Part shown: positions 55,456-60,775 of the stretch, in pieces | Layout: the number at the start of each line of letters is the position of its first letter | Numbering within the stretch: position 1 is the stretch's first letter | IMG/VR virus record: IMGVR_UViG_3300009702_000028 | Location: 1-60,775 of that record | Reading direction: 5' to 3' (one strand) | DNA: 60,775 bases | Source: a virus | Taxonomy: Duplodnaviria > Caudoviricetes | The notes under the pieces: model-generated | What the model saw: the letters and a program-made list of their open reading frames with translations, nothing else | The model's database searches: none | What the model was told of the DNA's origin: nothing | Made by a program: the position numbers and the translations under genes

Positions 55456-57143
55456 ACGACGGTGTAGTTAACGGCAATGCGATTAACGCACCCGTTGGGG
55501 CAGTCAGTCCTCCGACTCCTGTAGAGTCCACCTCGTTTGAATTTGGGTATCTGCGTAATCAGACTACTCCTAACCTTTCAGCAAATATCCATAGATACTC
55601 TCACGGGGTATCGCTCACCTTCCCATATGAGATTCCTACAAGACTTCCAGTAGATGTAGGGTCTGGGGAAGGGTTTGTCTTACAGAACGGTCTTGTAGTT
55701 GATACCGGGTTCACCATTTCATTAGGGGATTTGGTTACTGGAGCACAGACCATTTCCGTGCCTTTGGGCGTTGTAGTTAATACTCCATTCGAGGTTATCT
55801 ACAGCTATGTAAATGACGTAGTGAACACGCCGTTTGAGATATTGCAACCAGTTGCACTGAATAGCGCGTTTGAGATCACCTACAACATGACTCAACGGGT
55901 GACTGGACCACATGAGATTCCTGCACCGCTTGTTACAACTGCGAACAGTGCGTTTGATATTGTTTACAGTATTTTGAATTTCAATCCCGTGGTTGGTCCT
56001 TTTGGGGGAACTGGACAACCACCAGGATTCAAGATCATTTACAACTTAGAAGATAACACCACGCTTGATGTAACGAACGCTATTATCATGACTCATGAAG
56101 GTGAGCAGATAGGTCTTCAGCAGGGGTCAGTAGAAATAGATGAGGGTGGATTCAACTGGAGGGGTCGTATCCTCTTAGCAGATGTTACTGATTATGGGCG
56201 ATTCCAGTTTAATGAGGACGTTCAATTAGACATCTATGGAGAAACTTACAACATGATTGTTCAGTCGAAGTCGCTGGACAGGAATTCTCCTGCTGGAGCT
56301 AGTGCACAGCTCGAATTATTGGGAGTTGCTGCACGGTTTGACGTACCCATAGCAAGCCCCATCAATCAGACTTTTGGAGTTATTGGGGCAAATGCGGCTG
56401 TTGACCAGATTCTAGGGACTACGGTTCAATGGGATATCGTTGACTGGGTTATTCCTGCAAATCGGTTAGCAGGAGACAACGCTAGTCCAGTTGAGTTGGC
56501 ATCCAAGATTGTAGAGGCTGCGGGTGGAAGACTTGAAGCCAATCCGGATGGGACTATCAGAGTACGACATTTGTACCCTGTATCACTTGTTGACTACTCA
56601 ACAGCTACGCCAGCTCACGTCTACACTGAAAACGATTCCATCCTTGCAGTTGCTGAGGGTATCAGGAACCAAGAGATTGTTAATCGAATTAGAATTCGTG
56701 ACACCTCGGACTCGGCTTTCCGTGATCGAATTGTCTTTGAAGCAGATGACGATTCTGGCCTCAGAGGTGACTTGTTCGTCTACCCATCACCATATCGTTC
56801 TATTGTTCTGGAACATACTGGGCCGACCAATATCATCCTTAACCCCCAGGTTCCGTTTGACATTTTACAGGTTAAAACGGAAATCATCGAAATTAGAGAA
56901 GGAACAGGATCCGTTCAGTTTGGAATAGCTCAGATCACCAATATCGATTGGATGGAGGTGAATCTTGGGGGGCTGTCTTTCGAACCAGATTCAACTACAG
57001 TGACGGCTACCAGTATAGGGACCACCCCGCTTACAACTCATAGTTTGGTGGAGGTAACTTATACTACTAGAGCTAAACATTGGAGGACTGAGAGTCTGAC
57101 ACCGATACAGGTGCAGTATCTTGTAATAGACGAGAATGCGTAG
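55446..57143 (+). CDS. putative tail hub/baseplate protein
   Basis: IVEAAGG.LEA.PDGTIRVR hub-like segment; short internal F.I.Y repeats. Confidence 0.55.
   Translation: MAINDGVVNGNAINAPVGAVSPPTPVESTSFEFGYLRNQTTPNLSANIHRYSHGVSLTFPYEIPTRLPVDVGSGEGFVLQNGLVVDTGFTISLGDLVTGAQTISVPLGVVVNTPFEVIYSYVNDVVNTPFEILQPVALNSAFEITYNMTQRVTGPHEIPAPLVTTANSAFDIVYSILNFNPVVGPFGGTGQPPGFKIIYNLEDNTTLDVTNAIIMTHEGEQIGLQQGSVEIDEGGFNWRGRILLADVTDYGRFQFNEDVQLDIYGETYNMIVQSKSLDRNSPAGASAQLELLGVAARFDVPIASPINQTFGVIGANAAVDQILGTTVQWDIVDWVIPANRLAGDNASPVELASKIVEAAGGRLEANPDGTIRVRHLYPVSLVDYSTATPAHVYTENDSILAVAEGIRNQEIVNRIRIRDTSDSAFRDRIVFEADDDSGLRGDLFVYPSPYRSIVLEHTGPTNIILNPQVPFDILQVKTEIIEIREGTGSVQFGIAQITNIDWMEVNLGGLSFEPDSTTVTATSIGTTPLTTHSLVEVTYTTRAKHWRTESLTPIQVQYLVIDENA
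55843..55856. repeat. palindrome TGCAACCAGTTGCA
   Basis: One-mismatch copy inside a CDS. Confidence 0.75.
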
Positions 57144-57171
57144 ATTTTCTCTCAGTGTGAGCACATCCTAA

Positions 57172-57693
57172 ATGGCTGAAGTCACCACTACTCTAGTAGT
57201 CAATTTCCAGGTCGGTGGATCTGGATCTGGTTCTGTATTAACTGCTGAGGTCGATGGTCGTAGTGATGGTTTTAACGGGGGTAAGACGACTTTTGGTCCA
57301 GGGGATTCACCCGTCTTTCTGATATTCAAAACGACTAATGTGACTATAACGTCTGTTACTGTTTCGGCAGGGGTAGTTACCCCTTTAGGGCAGGGCAACT
57401 TCTTCGTAGAGCAGGACTTACAGTTTTCAAATCAAGACAATGTATCCCTGACTAAGCCTATAAATGGATCGTTTCAAACTCAGAAGTGGTTAGGTAATGA
57501 TCTTGGGGCTCTAACGTTGATTGGAGAAACAAGCGTGAAGGCTGCTGATGCTGGGGGGAATAACCCAGGTGTTAACAGAGTGACGTATAACAGTTTTTAT
57601 AGAGCCTATAGGATATCGAATGTGCCATTCCCATTGAACGGTGAGACGGAGTTTCCCGTGCTTGCTTATATTCAAGGAACGACTCCAGGCTAA
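57172..57693 (+). CDS. putative tail protein
   Basis: Context. Confidence 0.55.
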   Translation: MAEVTTTLVVNFQVGGSGSGSVLTAEVDGRSDGFNGGKTTFGPGDSPVFLIFKTTNVTITSVTVSAGVVTPLGQGNFFVEQDLQFSNQDNVSLTKPINGSFQTQKWLGNDLGALTLIGETSVKAADAGGNNPGVNRVTYNSFYRAYRISNVPFPLNGETEFPVLAYIQGTTPG

Positions 57694-58001
57694 TGGTTGA
57701 TATCGTTGTTTTTAGAGATTTAGGGGATAGGCAGGGAGACGATATCGTTGACCCGCTGGTTACTGAGATCTTTGTAGGTCTTTCAAGAGGTCGGGCGGAA
57801 TTAGATCAACGAGCTTCTAACAAGTCTGACATTCGCTATCAGACGGTATATCGATCAAATGTGAGACTAGGGGATCTCATTGAGATATCTGATGCACTAC
57901 AAGGTTTGACGTATCGAGCTAAGGTTGTTGGGATAAACCATGAGATCTCGCCAACTGGAGCGATAACGAACCTAGTAATAGAGCGTGAGGTTGACTTCTA
58001 A
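57693..58001 (+). CDS. putative tail protein
   Basis: RGRAELD...LGDLIEISD...AKVVGINH; coupled. Confidence 0.55.
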   Translation: MVDIVVFRDLGDRQGDDIVDPLVTEIFVGLSRGRAELDQRASNKSDIRYQTVYRSNVRLGDLIEISDALQGLTYRAKVVGINHEISPTGAITNLVIEREVDF

Positions 58002-58237
58002 TGACACATCCTGTGGTTGAGTTAAAGAAGAGATTTGAAAGGGGTCGTTCAACCTCAGGTACCGTTATAGAACTTGTGGGGGAGTCCACGGCTATTGTGT
58101 CTACACGTTATGGTGTTAAATCTCTCGATATACCTGTTGGATTGCAACTAGTTGCAGGAGATAGGGTTAGGGTAGAGAGTGAGAACATTACGGGAAAACT
58201 CAAGTCTGAAGCACAGATTCCTGTATTTCGAATTTAA
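58001..58237 (+). CDS. small OB-fold-like tail protein
   Basis: GTVIE...LVAGDRVRV. Confidence 0.5.
   Translation: MTHPVVELKKRFERGRSTSGTVIELVGESTAIVSTRYGVKSLDIPVGLQLVAGDRVRVESENITGKLKSEAQIPVFRI
58143..58156. repeat. palindrome TGCAACTAGTTGCA
   Basis: Exact copy inside a CDS. Confidence 0.85.
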
Positions 58238-58303
58238 GTACATGTACACTCGGACTCGTTGAGCGAGCCCTCGCTGGTTCTTGTGTATGAGATGGAGTGT
58301 GAG

Positions 58304-58498
58304 ATGGCTTTACAAACGCGCAAACTCGGGCTCGCGGCCTACATTAAAATCAAGGGGATACAATTTCTCGGGTTCATAGAAGGCAAGTTTCGCTTCGAAA
58401 GTGACCGCTCTGAGGATGAGTGGGAAGCTGAATATATGAACACCGATGCATATCGTCATGACGTAGAGCTGATGAACCTGAGAAAGCTGATGCGGTGA
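58304..58498 (+). CDS. small phage protein (DUF5659-like)
   Basis: TRKLGLAAYI...G..F......F.F; GGAG RBS. Confidence 0.5.
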   Translation: MALQTRKLGLAAYIKIKGIQFLGFIEGKFRFESDRSEDEWEAEYMNTDAYRHDVELMNLRKLMR

Positions 58499-58502
58499 AA
58501 AC

Positions 58503-58868
58503 GTGGCAACAGCAGCAGGTGTACGTGACCTCCTAATAGAGCGAGGTACTTCAAACGTACTTACGTTTCGCTGGCTTGACGCTAATCGAGTCCCCCGAGA
58601 TATAACGGGATGGACGGCCCGGATGATGATCAGAGATCATCGTGAGGCTGAAGATCCGCCCCTTCAAGAATACTCAACTACCCTTGGAACTATCACTATT
58701 CAGCCCAGTGGTTCTACTGGGGTGGTATCCGTTGACGATGACACTAGCCTTTATGAATGGCGTAAGGGTTGGTATGACATTGAACTTTATCCCCCCGATG
58801 GTGGTGCCATCTATGCTGTGCGACTTCTGCAAGGACAGGTCGTGCTTGATTGGGATGTGACTAGGTAA
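58503..58868 (+). CDS. fibre-attachment/adaptor-like protein
   Basis: LLIERG...[12 protein letters not shown]...YDIEL...RLLQGQV...VTR, upstream of the collagen-like fibre. Confidence 0.6.
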   Translation: MATAAGVRDLLIERGTSNVLTFRWLDANRVPRDITGWTARMMIRDHREAEDPPLQEYSTTLGTITIQPSGSTGVVSVDDDTSLYEWRKGWYDIELYPPDGGAIYAVRLLQGQVVLDWDVTR

Positions 58869-58873
58869 CAAAC

Positions 58874-60775
58874 ATGGCAATTCGTAGACTCGTTCTCGGT
58901 GGTGAGATTGTTGATGTTGTTGAGATAGGATTGCCTGGTCCTCAAGGCCCGCAAGGAGCTGGTGGTGGAGGTGGCGGTGGGGGTAGTAGTGCCGCAGGTA
59001 TTGCTTATAACTTTGATCCTACTTCCCAAGTTGATTCTGATCCTGGTTCTTCGTTTATGCGGTATAACCAGGCCGCTGGAGTGGGTACCGTTACTCAGAT
59101 GTACCTCGATGATAAGGCTGTTGGGGGTACAGATGTACAAGCGTGGTTGAGAACTTTTGACGACTCAAACTCACTGGTTGGCGGTATTGTTCAGATTCAA
59201 GAGGCTTTGAATTTACAGAACTTTGCCCTTTTTGAAGTTACTGGTGTAACCGAGAACGTCGGGTGGTTTACCCTCGATGTTACTTATCTTTCAGGTAATT
59301 CTATCCCCGCTGCTGTGGAGGTGGGCGTTGCCTTTTTTCGTACTGGTGATGCCGGAACTTCAGGTGCGCAGGGTGCACAAGGTCCTCAAGGCAATATTGG
59401 AGCACAGGGGCCACAAGGGTCTAACGGTGCGCAAGGTTCAACTGGATCACAGGGTAATGATGGCGCACAAGGGAGTCAGGGGGCTCAAGGAACTCAAGGC
59501 GCTGTAGGGACTACTGGGTCTCAAGGAACTCAGGGCGCTCAAGGAGCGCAAGGCGCGCAGGGCGCTCAAGGAGCACAAGGTGTAGTTGGTGCTCAAGGCG
59601 CTACTGGATCCCAAGGGGCTACTGGCTCTCAAGGAGCCCAGGGTAATGTAGGTGCTCAAGGCGCACAGGGGGTTACAGGAGCACAGGGAGCTACCGGATC
59701 TCAAGGTGCCCAAGGGGTTACGGGGGCTCAGGGGACTACAGGATCTCAAGGACCTACTGGTGCTCAAGGCGCTCAGGGTTTTCAAGGAAACCAAGGGTTT
59801 CAAGGTACTGCCGGAGGTTCAGCTTCATGGTTAGGTCAATGGGTTACCACAGGGGGTAACTATTCAATTGACGATATGGTGCAGAACAACGGAAGTACTT
59901 ATATCGCAATTACTAATCACATCCCTGTTGCGTCAAATGAGCCAGGGGTAGGGGCTAGTTGGACAACGGATTGGAATCTCGTTGCTCAGCGAGGAGGTAG
60001 TCCAGGGTTAACGTTGCATTATGATTTTGATACTGCAACAGTCGCAGCAGATCCAGGCCCTGGGTTGTTACGGTTGAATAATGCTGTCCTCGCATCTGTA
60101 ACTGAAATTTATGTTGATGATGTAGATTCCCATGGTGTGAATGTTGAGACCGTCCTCTTAACCTTTGATGATTCTACAAGTACGGTTAAAGGGCAGGTAC
60201 AACTTACAACTCCACATATACCAGGAAATCTAGCTCTATTTAACGTGACCGCCCTGGTTGATGAAGTGGGTTATGTCAAATTAACAGTTTCTCATCTTGC
60301 TAGTGCTGGATCGTTTTCTGCAAATGACTTTACGTCGTTTGGTTTTTCTCGCACGGGTGATTTGGGTACTACTGGAGCACAAGGGGCTCAAGGATCTACC
60401 GGGGCTCAAGGATCTACCGGAGCACAAGGGAGCACTGGGGCTCAGGGGGCTACAGGAAGCCAGGGAACACAAGGTAATGATGGAGCACAAGGGGCTACAG
60501 GTGCTCAAGGTTCACAGGGGACTCAAGGAGTTACTGGAGCACAGGGAGCTACAGGTGCCCAAGGGGCCACTGGGGCACAAGGTGCACAGGGAACACAGGG
60601 AGCTACAGGGGCTCAAGGAGCTACAGGGGCTCAGGGTGCAGTTGGGGCGCAAGGAAGTACCGGTGTGCAGGGTGCGCAGGGTACGCAAGGCGCAACTGGT
60701 GCTCAAGGCTCAACTGGTGCTCAAGGAGCTACGGGAGCGCAGGGGGCTCAAGGTGCAGCAGGTACTACTGGACCT
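58874..60775 (+). CDS. collagen-like tail fibre, 3'-truncated (missing from the ORF track)
   Basis: ATG 58874 is open to the window end; Gly-X-Y runs (GAQ, GST, GAT) at ~59345-59815 and ~60355-60775. Confidence 0.88.
   Translation, partial: MAIRRLVLGGEIVDVVEIGLPGPQGPQGAGGGGGGGGSSAAGIAYNFDPTSQVDSDPGSSFMRYNQAAGVGTVTQMYLDDKAVGGTDVQAWLRTFDDSNSLVGGIVQIQEALNLQNFALFEVTGVTENVGWFTLDVTYLSGNSIPAAVEVGVAFFRTGDAGTSGAQGAQGPQGNIGAQGPQGSNGAQGSTGSQGNDGAQGSQGAQGTQGAVGTTGSQGTQGAQGAQGAQGAQGAQGVVGAQGATGSQGATGSQGAQGNVGAQGAQGVTGAQGATGSQGAQGVTGAQGTTGSQGPTGAQGAQGFQGNQGFQGTAGGSASWLGQWVTTGGNYSIDDMVQNNGSTYIAITNHIPVASNEPGVGASWTTDWNLVAQRGGSPGLTLHYDFDTATVAADPGPGLLRLNNAVLASVTEIYVDDVDSHGVNVETVLLTFDDSTSTVKGQVQLTTPHIPGNLALFNVTALVDEVGYVKLTVSHLASAGSFSANDFTSFGFSRTGDLGTTGAQGAQGSTGAQGSTGAQGSTGAQGATGSQGTQGNDGAQGATGAQGSQGTQGVTGAQGATGAQGATGAQGAQGTQGATGAQGATGAQGAVGAQGSTGVQGAQGTQGATGAQGSTGAQGATGAQGAQGAAGTTGP

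Noticed and set aside
336-60706. Minus-strand and nested ORFs in the track
   Set aside because: They shadow well-supported + strand genes and have no recognisable motifs.
59345-60775. Tandem 9-nt-like repeats as a CRISPR array or satellite
   Set aside because: They are degenerate Gly-X-Y codons in an open frame, with no constant repeat-spacer structure.
1-60775. Stop-codon reassignment, DGR, integrase or repressor cassette
   Set aside because: Core genes are intact in the standard code and use all three stops; no reverse transcriptase, integrase or CI-like gene was recognised in the window.

Overview
This 60.8-kb window is part of a tailed dsDNA phage genome, probably a siphovirus (long tape measure, tail tube, no sheath seen). 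It is cut at both ends, and essentially all genes are on the + strand in the standard code. The order is: replication/recombination (primase, gp32-like SSB, SF2 helicase, RecA, two resolvase-type nucleases, NrdJb, MazG); a DNA-modification-like cluster (Dam-like MTase, ParB-like, two MTases, IbrA/IbrB-like pair); terminase with a class 3 intein; GH108 endolysin; an accessory block with a PPDK-derived dikinase lacking its pyruvate domain, a CsrA-like protein and two CX5R phosphatases; family A DNA polymerase; portal and head genes interrupted by a block containing a FimT-like pilin; tail genes with a sulfotransferase and a collagen-like fibre. Three non-coding motifs recur: a 14-bp palindrome TGCAACYRGTTGCA (13 copies), a promoter-like TTGACAAAACT (10 copies) and a leader ACAYGGAGGGA (4 copies). 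The host is probably a gamma- or beta-proteobacterium with type IV pili (inference from FimT, NrdJb, CsrA and sigma70-type boxes). The best candidates for new biology are the dikinase/phosphatase module and the genome-wide palindrome network. All protein calls come from motif recognition by eye; no searches were run.
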